The notes beneath the pieces were generated by a model that ran no database searches, was not told the origin of the DNA, and was given only the letters and a program-made list of their open reading frames with translations. A program made the translations under genes and the position numbers. This document shows positions 21,530 to 32,513 of a stretch of DNA of 64,000 nt, piece after piece (position 1 is the stretch's first letter; each line of letters opens with the position of its first letter). Origin of the DNA: an uncultured Candidatus Actinomarina sp. (GTDB taxonomy: Bacteria > Actinomycetota > Acidimicrobiia > Actinomarinales > Actinomarinaceae); the NCBI GenBank assembly GCA_902533795.1, contig CACAND010000005.1:847-64846 (forward strand), written 5' to 3'.

Positions 21530-22363
21530 ATGGGATCAAAAAAAATCAGACCAATTACTCCAGGAATGAGAGGACACGTAACAGGGGATTTTAGTGAAAT
21601 TACTAAATCTAAGCCTGAAAAAAATCTTTTACAATCAAAAAAATCAACTGGTGGTAGAAATAATAAGGGGAGGATTACCTCTAGACATAGGGGCGGTGGC
21701 CATAAGCAAAAATATAGAGTAGTAGATTTCAAAAGGACAAAAGACGGTATACCAGCTAAAGTTGCTGGAATTGAATATGATCCAAATAGAAATTCTAGAA
21801 TTGCTTTATTGCATTACGTTGATGGTGAGAAGAGCTACATAATTGCTCCTGATGGTGTATATGAGGGAAGCATGGTTGAATCTGGATCTAAAGCTGAAAT
21901 TAAAGATGGTAATTGTTTACCGTTAAGAAACATTCCGGCAGGAACTTTTGTTCATGCAGTTGAGTTAAGACCAGGTGGTGGTGCAAAAATGGCAAGATCC
22001 GCTGGATCATCTGTTCAATTAATGAGTAAAGAATCTGGATTAGCGTTACTTAGATTACCTTCTGGTGAGATGAGAACGGTCTCAATGGACTGTAGAGCAA
22101 CTATTGGAAGTGTTGGAAATGCTGAAGCAGAATTAACCAAACTCGGCAAAGCTGGTAGAAAAAGATGGAAAGGCGTAAGGCCACAAACAAGAGGTGTTGC
22201 GATGAACCCTGTTGACCACCCACTTGGAGGTGGCGAAGGAAAATCATCTGGAGGAAGAACTCCTGTGAGTCCTTGGGGTAAACCAGAGGCAAAGACGAGA
22301 AAAAAGAAAAAATACAGCAATAAATCAATTGTTCGAGGTCGATCACAAAAAGGCAGAAACTAA
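21530..22363 (+). CDS. rplB: 50S ribosomal protein L2
   Basis: IEYDPNR and [17 protein letters not shown]. Confidence 0.99.
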   Translation: MGSKKIRPITPGMRGHVTGDFSEITKSKPEKNLLQSKKSTGGRNNKGRITSRHRGGGHKQKYRVVDFKRTKDGIPAKVAGIEYDPNRNSRIALLHYVDGEKSYIIAPDGVYEGSMVESGSKAEIKDGNCLPLRNIPAGTFVHAVELRPGGGAKMARSAGSSVQLMSKESGLALLRLPSGEMRTVSMDCRATIGSVGNAEAELTKLGKAGRKRWKGVRPQTRGVAMNPVDHPLGGGEGKSSGGRTPVSPWGKPEAKTRKKKKYSNKSIVRGRSQKGRN

Positions 22364-22365
22364 TA

Positions 22366-22629
22366 ATGACAAGAAGTTTACGAAAAGGACCATTTGTAGA
22401 TAACCATCTATTGGTAAAAGTAGAAGATGCGCAAAACTCTGGTAATAAAAGTGTTATCAAAACATGGAGCAGAAGATCTACTGTAGTTCCAGAAATGGTA
22501 GGTCTGACAATAGCTGTACATAATGGAAAACAACATATCCCAATCTTTATAACTGAGGCAATGGTTGGACATAAATTAGGAGAGTTCGCGCCTACAAGAA
22601 CTTTTAGAGGACACCCAGGACAAAGCTAA
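22366..22629 (+). CDS. rpsS: 30S ribosomal protein S19
   Basis: [28 protein letters not shown]. Confidence 0.98.
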   Translation: MTRSLRKGPFVDNHLLVKVEDAQNSGNKSVIKTWSRRSTVVPEMVGLTIAVHNGKQHIPIFITEAMVGHKLGEFAPTRTFRGHPGQS

Positions 22630-22976
22630 TGGAAAACGAAACAATTACAGCAAAAAGCAAATATATTAGACAATCTCCTTACAAATTGAGGCTTGTCTTA
22701 AATTTAATAAGAGGTTTACCTGTTTCCGAAGCTCTAGATATTTTAAAATTCACAAAAAGAAAAGCATCTGATGAAATAACAAAAGTAATTCAAAGCGCAA
22801 TGGCAAATGCAGAAAACAACTTTGGATTAAATTCTAATGATCTATACATATCAAAAGCTATCGCAGATGAAGGACCTACGCTAAAAAGATTTAGACCTAG
22901 AGCAAGAGGAAGGGCCGGAAGAATAAATAAAAGAACCTCTCACCTAATAATTGAACTAGCAAGTACAGGGGAATAG
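22629..22976 (+). CDS. rplV: 50S ribosomal protein L22
   Basis: SAMANAENN and [18 protein letters not shown]. Confidence 0.98.
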   Translation: MENETITAKSKYIRQSPYKLRLVLNLIRGLPVSEALDILKFTKRKASDEITKVIQSAMANAENNFGLNSNDLYISKAIADEGPTLKRFRPRARGRAGRINKRTSHLIIELASTGE

Positions 22977-22978
22977 TT

Positions 22979-23869
22979 ATGGGTCAAAAAACACATCCTT
23001 ACGCATTTCGAATTGGAATAGTAAATGATTGGAAATCACGATGGTTCAGCGATAAAGACTATACAAAACTAGTCAATCAGGATTACAGGATAAGAGAGTT
23101 TTTATCTTCTCAACTAATTAAAGGAGCAGTATCAAGAATTGATATTGAAAGAACAAGAGATAAAGTACAAGTTGATATACATACAGCTAGACCAGGTGTT
23201 GTCATTGGTAGAAAAGGTGCGGAAGCTGATAGATTAAGAAAAGGGCTCGAGGATCTATCTAGTCAACCAGTAAAACTCAATATTATTGAAGTTAGAGAGC
23301 CTGAACTAGATGCTCAACTTTTAGCTAGAGCAGTTGCTGATCAACTTGAAAGCAGAGTCGCATTTAGAAGAGCCATGAAGAGAGCAGTTACCGGTGCATT
23401 AAAAGCAGGTGCAGAAGGTGTGAGAGTTGAATGCTCTGGAAGATTGGGTGGAGCTGAAATGGGAAGAAGAGAATGGTATCGAGAAGGAAGAGTCCCATTA
23501 CATACTTTACGTGCTGATATTGATTTTGGTCGAGCTGCTGCCCAAACTACTGTTGGATCAATTGGGGTAAAAGTTTGGGTGTATAAAGGTGATGTTGTAG
23601 CTTCTAACAAACTTAGACAAGACAAAATAGCAGCAGAAGCTAATTTAGCAAGTGGAGGCCCTACAGCAGGAAGAGTGAAGTCAGTAAAATCAAGAGTAGA
23701 AGCTGCTGTTGGGGAGAAAAAGAAATCAAAAATTTTAGAAGCTGGCGGAGGAAAAAAGACTAACGAATCATCTTCAAAAATAGTTGAAGCTGGCGGTGGA
23801 AATAAAATAAGACCAAATGAAGCAACCCAACAGTTTGAGCAAGAAAAATCAATATTGGAAGAAGAATAA
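22979..23869 (+). CDS. rpsC: 30S ribosomal protein S3 with long C-terminal extension
   Basis: [27 protein letters not shown]; about 90-aa tail. Confidence 0.98.
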   Translation: MGQKTHPYAFRIGIVNDWKSRWFSDKDYTKLVNQDYRIREFLSSQLIKGAVSRIDIERTRDKVQVDIHTARPGVVIGRKGAEADRLRKGLEDLSSQPVKLNIIEVREPELDAQLLARAVADQLESRVAFRRAMKRAVTGALKAGAEGVRVECSGRLGGAEMGRREWYREGRVPLHTLRADIDFGRAAAQTTVGSIGVKVWVYKGDVVASNKLRQDKIAAEANLASGGPTAGRVKSVKSRVEAAVGEKKKSKILEAGGGKKTNESSSKIVEAGGGNKIRPNEATQQFEQEKSILEEE

Positions 23870-23871
23870 TT

Positions 23872-24282
23872 ATGTTAATGCCAAAGAAAACAAAACATAG
23901 AAAATCACATAGAGGCAGAAGAAGAGGTTTATCAAAAGGGGGCAATGAAGTAACTTTTGGAGATTTCGGTTTACAGGCAGTAGAAACATCCTATATTACA
24001 GCACGCCAAATAGAGGCAGCAAGAATTACAATAACAAGAACCATGAAGAGAGGTGGAAAAGTATGGATTAACATATTTCCACACAAGCCAGTTACTCAAA
24101 AACCAGCTGAAGTAAGGATGGGTTCAGGAAAGGGTAATGTAGAGTATTATGTTGCGGTAGTAAAACCTGGAAAAATAATATTTGAAGTCTCTGGAGTCTC
24201 TGAAGAAATTGCTAAAGAAGCTATGAGAAAAGCAGGACACAAATTACCAATTAAGACAAAATTTGTAAAGAGGAACATATGA
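23872..24282 (+). CDS. rplP: 50S ribosomal protein L16
   Basis: QIEAAR and RMGSGKG. Confidence 0.98.
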   Translation: MLMPKKTKHRKSHRGRRRGLSKGGNEVTFGDFGLQAVETSYITARQIEAARITITRTMKRGGKVWINIFPHKPVTQKPAEVRMGSGKGNVEYYVAVVKPGKIIFEVSGVSEEIAKEAMRKAGHKLPIKTKFVKRNI

Positions 24283-24497
24283 GCGTTAACGATTTAAAAG
24301 AATTATCAATAACCGAGTTAGAAAATAAGATTTTTGATCTAAAGCGTGAATTGATGGATTCAAGGTTTGCGTTGGCAACAAGTCAAATTGAAGACACATC
24401 TGTATTCAAGAAAATAAAAAAAGAAATTGCACAAGCCAATACAATTCTTAATCAAAAAGTTAAACAAGAAAGCATAAATCAGGATTCTAATGAATAG
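24279..24497 (+). CDS. rpmC: 50S ribosomal protein L29
   Basis: Position between rplP and rpsQ; LKREL...RF...T.Q pattern. Confidence 0.92.
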   Translation: MSVNDLKELSITELENKIFDLKRELMDSRFALATSQIEDTSVFKKIKKEIAQANTILNQKVKQESINQDSNE

Positions 24498-24753
24498 TAT
24501 TGAGAGAACTTCTAGAAAAGTTAGAACAGGAGTAGTTGTCTCCGATAGTAGAGATAAGACTGTCACTGTATCTATAGAATTACAGTTTCAACATCCTAAA
24601 TATGGAAAAATTGTTAAGAAAACTAGAAAACTTCATGCTCATGATGAAAACTCTGAAGCAAAGGTAGGAGATACAGTAAAAATAACTGAAACAAAACCAG
24701 TATCAAAAACAAAAATGTGGAGAGTTGTTGAAATAATTGAGAGAGCCAGATGA
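24490..24753 (+). CDS. rpsQ: 30S ribosomal protein S17
   Basis: [29 protein letters not shown]. Confidence 0.97.
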   Translation: MNSIERTSRKVRTGVVVSDSRDKTVTVSIELQFQHPKYGKIVKKTRKLHAHDENSEAKVGDTVKITETKPVSKTKMWRVVEIIERAR

Positions 24754-25118
24754 TACAAAAAGAATCAAGATTAAAAGTTGCAGATAATTCAGGAGCTAAA
24801 GAAGTCCTTTGTATCAAGGTAAAAGGAAGTTCTAGGATTAGATATGCTGGATTGGGTGATGTATTTACTGCAACAGTAAAAGATGCTGTTCCAGGAGGTC
24901 AAATAAAAAAAGGTGATATTGTTCAAGCCGTTGTTGTAAGAACAAGTAAAGAAACCCGAAGAAAAGATGGAACATATATAAGATTTGATGAAAATGCTTG
25001 TGTTATATTAAATGACCAAGATCAACCACGTGGTACACGAATTTTTGGTCCTGTCGGAAGAGAATTAAGAGAAAAAAAATATATGAGAATAGTTTCGCTT
25101 GCACCAGAGGTTTTGTGA
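24750..25118 (+). CDS. rplN: 50S ribosomal protein L14
   Basis: [23 protein letters not shown]. Confidence 0.98.
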   Translation: MIQKESRLKVADNSGAKEVLCIKVKGSSRIRYAGLGDVFTATVKDAVPGGQIKKGDIVQAVVVRTSKETRRKDGTYIRFDENACVILNDQDQPRGTRIFGPVGRELREKKYMRIVSLAPEVL

Positions 25119-25420
25119 TGAAAATTCAAAAAGGTGACACAGTAAAAATAATTTCCGGAAAAGATAATGGTAAAGAAGGTAAAGTCTTACAAGTTTTTCC
25201 TAAGAAGAACCAAGTCTTGGTTGAAGGCGTAAATGTGAATAAAAAACATCAAAAACCACAGGGACAAACCATGCAGGGTGGTGTAATTGATAAAAGCATG
25301 CCAATTCATGTTTCAAATGTAGCACTAGTTGTCAAAAAAAAGAGTGGAAGAGTAAGATATAAGTTTGATAAAAATGGAAACAAATTTAGAGTACTAGCGC
25401 AAACTGGGGATGAAGCATGA
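25118..25420 (+). CDS. rplX: 50S ribosomal protein L24
   Basis: KOW GDTVKIISGKDNGKEG and PIHVSNV; start GTG 25115 or ATG 25118. Confidence 0.97.
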   Translation: MKIQKGDTVKIISGKDNGKEGKVLQVFPKKNQVLVEGVNVNKKHQKPQGQTMQGGVIDKSMPIHVSNVALVVKKKSGRVRYKFDKNGNKFRVLAQTGDEA

Positions 25421-25962
25421 TTCCAAGACTAAAAAAACAATATAGAAATGTATTAATTGATGACTTAAAAAAACAATTAAATATAAATAATACAAATGCA
25501 GTGCCAAGTTTAGAGAAAATAGTAATAAATATTGGAGATGGAAAAGCAGCAACTGATGGTCGAGCACTTGAATCAATGGTTGATGAATTAACTGCAATAT
25601 CTGGTCAAAAACCAGTCATCAAAAGAGCAAAAAAATCAATTGCTGGTTTTAAGATCCGAGAAGGAATGCCAATAGGTGTCTCTGTGACTCTCAGAGGAAA
25701 TAGAATGTGGGAGTTTTATGATCGTTTTGTTCAAGTTGTTGTTCCAAGAATTCGTGACTTTAGAGGATTTAGCAAAAAATCTTTTGATGGCAATGGTAAT
25801 TTTTCTCTTGGACTTAACGAGCAGCTTGTATTTCCAGAAGTTGAATATGATAAAGTTAGGGACATAAGAGGTATGAACATAACAATTTGTACAACTGCGA
25901 GTGATAATCAAGATGGATATGGCTTACTTAATGCACTTGGGTTTCCATTTAGAGAGGAATAA
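25417..25962 (+). CDS. rplE: 50S ribosomal protein L5
   Basis: [29 protein letters not shown]. Confidence 0.98.
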   Translation: MIPRLKKQYRNVLIDDLKKQLNINNTNAVPSLEKIVINIGDGKAATDGRALESMVDELTAISGQKPVIKRAKKSIAGFKIREGMPIGVSVTLRGNRMWEFYDRFVQVVVPRIRDFRGFSKKSFDGNGNFSLGLNEQLVFPEVEYDKVRDIRGMNITICTTASDNQDGYGLLNALGFPFREE

Positions 25963-25964
25963 TT

Positions 25965-26270
25965 ATGGCTAAAACAAGCAAAATTGTTAAAAATAATAAA
26001 AGAGAACAAACTGCTAATTTTTATTCCTCAAAAAGAAAAGAATTATTAGACATTGTTAGAGATCCAGAATCTTCATACGATGAAAAAAGAGAAGCTCAAA
26101 AAAAGATTGCAAAAATGCCACGTGATGCATCAGCAACAAGACATCGAAATAGATGTCAAGTAACTGGAAGACCAAGAGGAAATCTAAGAAAGTTTGGCAT
26201 GTCAAGGAACACTTTCCGTGATTTAGCACTAAAAGGTGAGCTTCCAGGAATAAAGAAAGCATCTTGGTAA
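25965..26270 (+). CDS. rpsN: 30S ribosomal protein S14, long zinc-free form
   Basis: 101 aa, PRDAS..R.RNRC..TGRPRG, GELPG.KKASW; a single Cys. Confidence 0.97.
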   Translation: MAKTSKIVKNNKREQTANFYSSKRKELLDIVRDPESSYDEKREAQKKIAKMPRDASATRHRNRCQVTGRPRGNLRKFGMSRNTFRDLALKGELPGIKKASW

Positions 26271-26272
26271 AA

Positions 26273-26671
26273 ATGGTTAATGATCCAATTTCAGATTTTT
26301 TAACACGATTAAGAAATGCAACATTAGTATCAAAATCTAATGTAGAAATACCTCATTCAAAATTTAAGTATGAACTTGCGAAGCTATTTAAAGATGAGGG
26401 TTACGTAAGCGATATTGAAATAAAAGGTGAAGGTGCAAAAAGAGTCATTGACTTAACAATTAAATTTTCTGAAGAAGGCAAGTCAGTAATAGCTGGTTTG
26501 AATAGACTTTCAAAACCTGGAAGAAGAGTTTATTCATCTTTTAATGAGTTACCAAGGACTAATGGTGGACTAGGAACTGTGGTTGTTTCAACGTCAAGAG
26601 GCTTATTATCAGATTCCGAAGCTAGGAAAAGAAAACTAGGTGGAGAATTGATATGCGAGGTCTGGTCATGA
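26273..26671 (+). CDS. rpsH: 30S ribosomal protein S8
   Basis: DPISDFLTRLRNA, SKPGRRVY, STSRG; start moved to ATG 26273. Confidence 0.98.
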   Translation: MVNDPISDFLTRLRNATLVSKSNVEIPHSKFKYELAKLFKDEGYVSDIEIKGEGAKRVIDLTIKFSEEGKSVIAGLNRLSKPGRRVYSSFNELPRTNGGLGTVVVSTSRGLLSDSEARKRKLGGELICEVWS

Positions 26672-27222
26672 GCAGGATAGGAAATAAACCAATCGTTATT
26701 CCAGAAAATGTTGAAGTTAAATTAGATGATAAAAAAATATTTGTCAAAGGCTCAAAAGGAGAATTAACAACTGAAATTTTGGATGAAAGAATTAAGTTTG
26801 AAATCAATGAAGATGTTCTAAAATTTACTCGAGAATCTGAGGATAAATCTGTTAAAAGTTTACATGGATTGTACAGATCATTAGTTGCAAACAACATTAT
26901 TGGTGTAAGTGAAGGTTATTCAAAAACTTTAACTCTCCAGGGAGTTGGGCATAGAGTTACATTGAAGGGAAACGATTTAGAGATATTGTGCGGGTTTTCA
27001 CATCCAGTTTTATTTAAGAAAGTAGAAAGTATTTCATTTGAGGTACCAGATCAAAATACAATTATTGTTTCTGGAATAGATAAAGGTCTTGTAGGACAAG
27101 TTGCTGCTGATATAAGGTCTATAAAACCTCCAGAACCTTATAAAGGCAAGGGAATTAGATATCAAGACGAGTATGTTAGAAGAAAAGCTGGAAAAGCAGC
27201 TGTGGCAACTACAGGAGCTTAA
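26668..27222 (+). CDS. rplF: 50S ribosomal protein L6
   Basis: MSRIG and PPEPYKGKGIRY; start moved to ATG 26668. Confidence 0.98.
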   Translation: MSRIGNKPIVIPENVEVKLDDKKIFVKGSKGELTTEILDERIKFEINEDVLKFTRESEDKSVKSLHGLYRSLVANNIIGVSEGYSKTLTLQGVGHRVTLKGNDLEILCGFSHPVLFKKVESISFEVPDQNTIIVSGIDKGLVGQVAADIRSIKPPEPYKGKGIRYQDEYVRRKAGKAAVATTGA

Positions 27223-27223
27223 T

Positions 27224-27571
27224 ATGAGAAAATCAGATCAAAGATTAAAAAGAAAAGTTAGAATTCGAAAAAAAGTTTATGGTGATTCCAACAAACCACG
27301 TCTAGCTGTTTATAAAAGTAATAAAAATATCTATGTGCAAGCTATAGACGACTTGAATCATACAACTATTGGCTCAGCAAGCACTTTATCAAAAGAATTA
27401 AAGGTCGAAAGACTTACAATTGATGCCGCAAAAAAAGTAGGAGAACTTATGGGCGACATTCTAAATAAAAATAAAATAGAAGAAGCCGTTTTTGATCGCG
27501 GGGGATACATCTACCATGGAAGAGTCAAAGCTTTAGCTGATGGTATAAGAGAAAAAGGAATTAAATTTTAA
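27224..27571 (+). CDS. rplR: 50S ribosomal protein L18
   Basis: [10 protein letters not shown] and [17 protein letters not shown]; start moved to ATG 27224. Confidence 0.97.
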   Translation: MRKSDQRLKRKVRIRKKVYGDSNKPRLAVYKSNKNIYVQAIDDLNHTTIGSASTLSKELKVERLTIDAAKKVGELMGDILNKNKIEEAVFDRGGYIYHGRVKALADGIREKGIKF

Positions 27572-28122
27572 TGGCAGAAGTAGAGTTACAAGAAAACGTA
27601 ATACACATAAACAGAGTTGCAAAAGTTGTTAAGGGTGGAAGAAATTTTGCTTTTACAGCTCTTGTAGCTGTTGGAGATGGAAATGGTAATGCTGGCATTG
27701 GCTACGGAAAAGGTTCAGAGGTTCCTTTAGCAATACAAAAAGCTATAGAAAATGCAAAGAAGAATATTCATCCGATACCAATGGCAGGCTCAACGATAGT
27801 TCATACTATAACTGGTGAACACGGATCTTCTAAAGTTTTACTTAAACCTGCAGCTCCTGGAACAGGGGTTATTGCAGGAGGCGCTGCTCGTCAAGTTTTA
27901 GAGGTCGCCGGAATTAAGGATATTCTTGCAAAATCTCTAGGATCTCCAACCCATTTAAATGTCGCTAAGGCAACATTAAACGGACTACTAGGTCAGCGAA
28001 CACCTGATGAGGTTGCAAAACTTAGAGGTAAGAAGGCTATGGAAATTGCACCAAAAGGATTGGTCGATGCTTATGAAAAAACAAAAGCAGAAAGAAAGCT
28101 TAGAGAAGATGCAAAAGGTTAA
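27571..28122 (+). CDS. rpsE: 30S ribosomal protein S5
   Basis: [11 protein letters not shown] and [12 protein letters not shown]. Confidence 0.98.
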   Translation: MAEVELQENVIHINRVAKVVKGGRNFAFTALVAVGDGNGNAGIGYGKGSEVPLAIQKAIENAKKNIHPIPMAGSTIVHTITGEHGSSKVLLKPAAPGTGVIAGGAARQVLEVAGIKDILAKSLGSPTHLNVAKATLNGLLGQRTPDEVAKLRGKKAMEIAPKGLVDAYEKTKAERKLREDAKG

Positions 28123-28291
28123 AATTACTTTGAGGAGATCTCTTATTGGTCAAGGATTTAAAGCTAAAGAAACTATAAAATCTTTGGGTCTAAAAAAAAT
28201 TAATTCATCTGTAGTTAGAGAGATGGATGATAGTCTTGCCGGAATGTTAGATAAAGTAAAACATCTAGTTGAAACAGAGGATGTAAAATAA
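28109..28291 (+). CDS. rpmD: 50S ribosomal protein L30
   Basis: [10 protein letters not shown]...SLGLKKIN...[10 protein letters not shown]; start moved to ATG 28109. Confidence 0.94.
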   Translation: MQKVKITLRRSLIGQGFKAKETIKSLGLKKINSSVVREMDDSLAGMLDKVKHLVETEDVK

Positions 28292-28741
28292 ATGAGTAAA
28301 ATAAAATTTCATCATCTTAAACCAACTCCAGGATCATCTAAATCTAAGCTTCGTAAAGGACGAGGAGAATCTGGTAAAAGAGGTAAAACTGCAGGAAGAG
28401 GAACTAAGGGTACAGGAGCGCGTAAAACAGTACCTGCTTACTTTGAAGGTGGTCAAATACCGCTTTATAGAAGAATACCAAAGTTAAAGGGTCTTAAAAA
28501 TACTCCAAAAATGTCATATGTTGTAGTGAATGTATCAGACCTTCAGGAAAAAAATTTAAAAGGAGATATTGATCCAGATGTCTTACAACAAAATGGTCTA
28601 ACAAGAAAAAAAGGACTAGTAAAAGTTTTGGGCAATGGAGATATCACGAATACTGTAAATATAAAAGTACATGCCGTCAGTGAGTCTGCAAAGAAAAAAA
28701 TTGAAGATGCCGGCGGGACTGTAGAAGTTATAGAGGTTTAA
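28292..28741 (+). CDS. rplO: 50S ribosomal protein L15
   Basis: GKTAGRGTKG, FEGGQ.PL.RR.PK, KIEDAGG. Confidence 0.98.
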   Translation: MSKIKFHHLKPTPGSSKSKLRKGRGESGKRGKTAGRGTKGTGARKTVPAYFEGGQIPLYRRIPKLKGLKNTPKMSYVVVNVSDLQEKNLKGDIDPDVLQQNGLTRKKGLVKVLGNGDITNTVNIKVHAVSESAKKKIEDAGGTVEVIEV

Positions 28742-28742
28742 A

Positions 28743-30056
28743 GTGAAGCTTTCAATTTTTAGATATATGTTTAAAATTCCTGATCTAAGAAAACGTATAA
28801 TTTTTACATTGATTATGTTTGGTGTGTATAGGCTGGGAGCTGCAGTACCAGTCCCAGGAGTTGACTTAGAAGCTGTACAAAGATTGACAGACTCAGGTTC
28901 ACAAGCCGGAATCTATGGCCTATTAAATTTATTTTCTGGAGGAGCCTTAGAAACATTTTCTGTTTTTGCACTTGGAATTATGCCCTATATTACTTCAAGT
29001 ATTATTCTTCAACTTTTAACAGTTGTTATTCCACGATTACAAAAACTTCAAGAAGAGGGCGAATCTGGTAAAAAAGTTATCACACAATGGACTAGGTATA
29101 TAACTGTTGTTTTAGCATTACTTCAATCGACTGGGTTAACCTACATTTTTTCAAGAGGAAGTTTAACAGGAGGAATATCTTTGATTCCAAACTATACCCC
29201 ATCAAGAGTTGGATTAATTGTACTAACTATGACTGCTGGGACAGCATTTATCATGTGGCTAGGAGAATTAATTTCACAAAGAGGGATTGGTAATGGAATG
29301 TCTTTAATTATCTTTGCAAGTATTATCAGCCAATTACCTGCAAGCTTTGGTGGAGCATACCAGGTTACTGCTGGTCAGGGAAGAATTGGTCAATTTAGCT
29401 TTCTTGTTTTAATGTTTTTTCTTATGATTGTAGGAATTATTTACGTTGAACAAGGTCAAAGAAGAATACCAATCCAATTTGCAAAAAGAGTTAGAGGAAG
29501 AAAAGTTATGGGAGGTCAAAGTACATATATACCATTGAAAGTGAACAGTGCTGGCGTGATTCCTGTTATTTTTGCTACGAGCGTTCTCTTCTTTCCAGCA
29601 TTAATAGCTACTTCACTTCCTCAAGATAATAATATTACCGCAGGAATAAGAAATTGGATTGATGTAAACTTAGCCAACTCTCAAGGAACTAGTTGGTTTT
29701 ATATATTCTTTTTAGGTATGTTAATAATTTTTTTCACCTATTTTTACACCACAATACAATTTGATCCAGTAAGACAATCTGACATGATAAGAAGACAAGG
29801 TGGTTTTGTCCCTGGTGTGCGTCCAGGTATTTCAACAACAAATTACTTGTCTCATATAATTAGCAGAATTACATTACCAGGTTCAGTATTTTTAGCATCC
29901 GTAGCAGTTTTACCCTCTATAGCTTCAGCAATTTGGGATATTCCTTTAGGTTTCAGTGGTATATCAATATTAATAACCGTTGGCGTGGCTCTTGAAACTA
30001 TGAAACAAATCGAAAGTCAATTAAGTATGAGAAACTACGAAGGATTTGTTGATTGA
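28743..30056 (+). CDS. secY: Preprotein translocase subunit SecY
   Basis: FALGIMPYITSSII, GIGNGMSLII, PLKVNSAGVIPVIFA. Confidence 0.99.
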   Translation: MKLSIFRYMFKIPDLRKRIIFTLIMFGVYRLGAAVPVPGVDLEAVQRLTDSGSQAGIYGLLNLFSGGALETFSVFALGIMPYITSSIILQLLTVVIPRLQKLQEEGESGKKVITQWTRYITVVLALLQSTGLTYIFSRGSLTGGISLIPNYTPSRVGLIVLTMTAGTAFIMWLGELISQRGIGNGMSLIIFASIISQLPASFGGAYQVTAGQGRIGQFSFLVLMFFLMIVGIIYVEQGQRRIPIQFAKRVRGRKVMGGQSTYIPLKVNSAGVIPVIFATSVLFFPALIATSLPQDNNITAGIRNWIDVNLANSQGTSWFYIFFLGMLIIFFTYFYTTIQFDPVRQSDMIRRQGGFVPGVRPGISTTNYLSHIISRITLPGSVFLASVAVLPSIASAIWDIPLGFSGISILITVGVALETMKQIESQLSMRNYEGFVD

Positions 30057-30598
30057 CGGATATCACTATTTTTCTTGGACCACCTGGTGCAGGAAAAGGG
30101 ACTCAAGCTGAAAAAATATCTGAAAAATTTAATATACCTCACATCTCTACTGGTGTGATGCTTAGAGAACATGTTGAGAACGAGACAGAATTGGGTCTTG
30201 TTGCTAAAGAAATATTGAATAAAGGAAATCTTGTTTCTGATGAGCTAGTTACTTCTATGCTTATTGAAAGATTAGAAAATGATGATTGTGAAAAAGGTGC
30301 AATTTTAGATGGTTTCCCTAGAACAATTACCCAAGCTGAAAGTCTTAACATCGAAGGCTTGAATATAAAAACTGTCATTTTATTTGAAGTAAATGAAACT
30401 GAGTTAATAAAACGAATGGTTGAAAGAGGCAGAGAAGACGACACAGAAGAGTCAATAAAGGTTAGGTTAGATGTGTATCGAGATGAAACTTTACCTTTAA
30501 TAAAATTTTATGATGATAAAGATGTACTAAAAACTGTTGATGCATTTGGAGATATAGATGAAATTTTCAACCATATCTCAGGTCTTATTAAAACATGA
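30053..30598 (+). CDS. adk: Adenylate kinase, short-LID type
   Basis: GPPGAGKGTQA, LDGFPRT, RGREDD. Confidence 0.97.
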   Translation: MTDITIFLGPPGAGKGTQAEKISEKFNIPHISTGVMLREHVENETELGLVAKEILNKGNLVSDELVTSMLIERLENDDCEKGAILDGFPRTITQAESLNIEGLNIKTVILFEVNETELIKRMVERGREDDTEESIKVRLDVYRDETLPLIKFYDDKDVLKTVDAFGDIDEIFNHISGLIKT

Positions 30599-31341
30599 TT
30601 ACATATAAATCAAATGATGATTTTATGAATATGAAAAAAGCAGGAAAAATAGTGTCCACTATTCATTCTGAACTTGAGAATATGTCTTCACCTGGAACAA
30701 GGATCGAAGAGCTAGACAAAAAGGCAGAAGAGATAATTACTAAATCTAACTCTATTTCTAACTTTTTCAATTACAGAGGATTTCCATCATATATATGTGC
30801 TTCTGTTAATGATGTTGTTGTACATGGGATACCAAAAAATTTTGTTATAGAAGAAGGTGATATTTTATCTATTGATGTTGGTTGTATAGTAAACGGTTAT
30901 CATGCGGATGCTGCATTAACTTATGGAGTTGGAGAAATCTCTGACGAAGATCAAAAATTAATTGATGTTACCAAGAAAGCACTTTATGAAGGAATAAAGC
31001 TTGTTAAGGATGGACAAAAACTTGGAACAATCGGAAATAAAATTGAAAAAATAGGAAATAAAAATTCTTATGGTGTTGTTAGAGAATATGTTGGTCACGG
31101 CATAGGGCTCTCGATGCATGAAGATCCACAAGTACCAAATTATGGTATCAAAAATAAAGGATTTACTTTAAAAACAGGTATGGCAATTTGCATAGAGCCT
31201 ATGTTTAATCTTGGTTCGGCAGAAACAAAAGTTGACCCCGATGGCTGGACTGTGAGGACAGTTGATGGAAAAAAATCTGCACACTGGGAGCATACAATAG
31301 GAATAATGGAGGATGAAGTATGTATTTTTACAGAAAGGTAA
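30595..31341 (+). CDS. map: Type I methionine aminopeptidase
   Basis: VVHGIP, GHGIG..MHEDP, IEPM, SAHWEHT. Confidence 0.97.
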   Translation: MITYKSNDDFMNMKKAGKIVSTIHSELENMSSPGTRIEELDKKAEEIITKSNSISNFFNYRGFPSYICASVNDVVVHGIPKNFVIEEGDILSIDVGCIVNGYHADAALTYGVGEISDEDQKLIDVTKKALYEGIKLVKDGQKLGTIGNKIEKIGNKNSYGVVREYVGHGIGLSMHEDPQVPNYGIKNKGFTLKTGMAICIEPMFNLGSAETKVDPDGWTVRTVDGKKSAHWEHTIGIMEDEVCIFTER

Positions 31342-31412
31342 ATTTACGAAAAATGTTGGTAATACTTCATAATCTGACTAATCTAGTAAATCGGTCTTAA
31401 AATCGGGTCATT

Positions 31413-31637
31413 TTGGTAGAAAAAGAAAAAAATATAATTAAAGTCCAAGGGACTGTTAAAGAAACTCTCCCAAATGCCTCATTTAAGGTTGAACTTGAAA
31501 GTGGAGCTGAAATTTTAGCTCATGTGTCCGGGAAAATGAGAATGAGGTACATTCGTATTTTGCCCGGAGATGTAGTTGAAATGGAAGTTTCACCATATGA
31601 TCCCACAAGAGGTAGGATTACTTGGAGACATAAATGA
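31413..31637 (+). CDS. infA: Translation initiation factor IF-1
   Basis: LPNA.F.V.L and [13 protein letters not shown]...SPYD..RGRI. Confidence 0.97.
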   Translation: MVEKEKNIIKVQGTVKETLPNASFKVELESGAEILAHVSGKMRMRYIRILPGDVVEMEVSPYDPTRGRITWRHK

Positions 31638-31750
31638 AAGTAAAAGCAAGTGTTAAAAAAAGAGGTCCTAACGACCAAATAGTACGTCGAAAAGGAAAGC
31701 TTTATGTTATCAATAAAAGAAACCCAAGACACAAACAGAGGCAAGGTTAA
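31634..31750 (+). CDS. rpmJ: 50S ribosomal protein L36, zinc-free form
   Basis: Hand translation [42 protein letters not shown] overlap with infA; not in the ORF track. Confidence 0.96.
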   Translation: MKVKASVKKRGPNDQIVRRKGKLYVINKRNPRHKQRQG

Positions 31751-31752
31751 GT

Positions 31753-32130
31753 TTGGCTAGAATTTCAGGTATTGATATACCAAGAGAAAAAAGGGTGATT
31801 GCATCACTTAGATATATACATGGTGTTGGTGCAAAGAGAGCAGAAGATATCTGTAATGACTTAGAAATAAATCCAGATACAAGAGTAAACAACCTTACTA
31901 ATGATGAAGTCGCCAAGATAAGAAAATATATAGAATCAAATTTTAGAGTAGAAGGTGATCTACGTAGAGATGTATCTCAAAATATACGAAGAAAGACTGA
32001 GATTGGAACTTACCAGGGTATGAGACATAGAACTGGACTTCCAGTCAGAGGACAACGAACTCATACAAATGCGAGAACAAGAAAAGGTCCAAGATTTGCT
32101 ATTGCTGGTAAGAAGAAAGTAATGAAATAA
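31753..32130 (+). CDS. rpsM: 30S ribosomal protein S13
   Basis: ARISGIDIP and [18 protein letters not shown]. Confidence 0.98.
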   Translation: MARISGIDIPREKRVIASLRYIHGVGAKRAEDICNDLEINPDTRVNNLTNDEVAKIRKYIESNFRVEGDLRRDVSQNIRRKTEIGTYQGMRHRTGLPVRGQRTHTNARTRKGPRFAIAGKKKVMK

Positions 32131-32513
32131 TGGCAGAGCAAAAATCAAAGAAAAAAAATAAAAAAAATATTCCTTCTGGAATTGCACATATTAAAGCAAG
32201 CTTCAACAATACAATTATCAATATATCTGACACTAATGGAGAAACAGTAGTTTGGACATCAGGGGGTTCAGTTGGATTTAAAGGCTCTAGAAAGTCCACT
32301 CCTTATGCTGCACAGGTTGCAGCCGAAGAAGCTGTTAGAAGAGCAACTGAATTTGGAATCCATAAACTAGATATCATAATAAGTGGTACCGGTGCTGGAA
32401 GAGAAACAGCTGTAAGAACATTGCAAAACATGGGAATGGATGTTGGATCAATTAAAGATATTACGCCAACCCCACACAATGGATGTCGCCCTAAGAAAAG
32501 GAGACGAAATTAA
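32130..32513 (+). CDS. rpsK: 30S ribosomal protein S11
   Basis: [26 protein letters not shown]. Confidence 0.98.
   Translation: MAEQKSKKKNKKNIPSGIAHIKASFNNTIINISDTNGETVVWTSGGSVGFKGSRKSTPYAAQVAAEEAVRRATEFGIHKLDIIISGTGAGRETAVRTLQNMGMDVGSIKDITPTPHNGCRPKKRRRN

Noticed and set aside
30053..30598. Short zinc-free LID of adenylate kinase as extra evidence of zinc sparing
   Set aside because: Short-LID Adk also occurs in mycobacteria and other bacteria, so it is not diagnostic.
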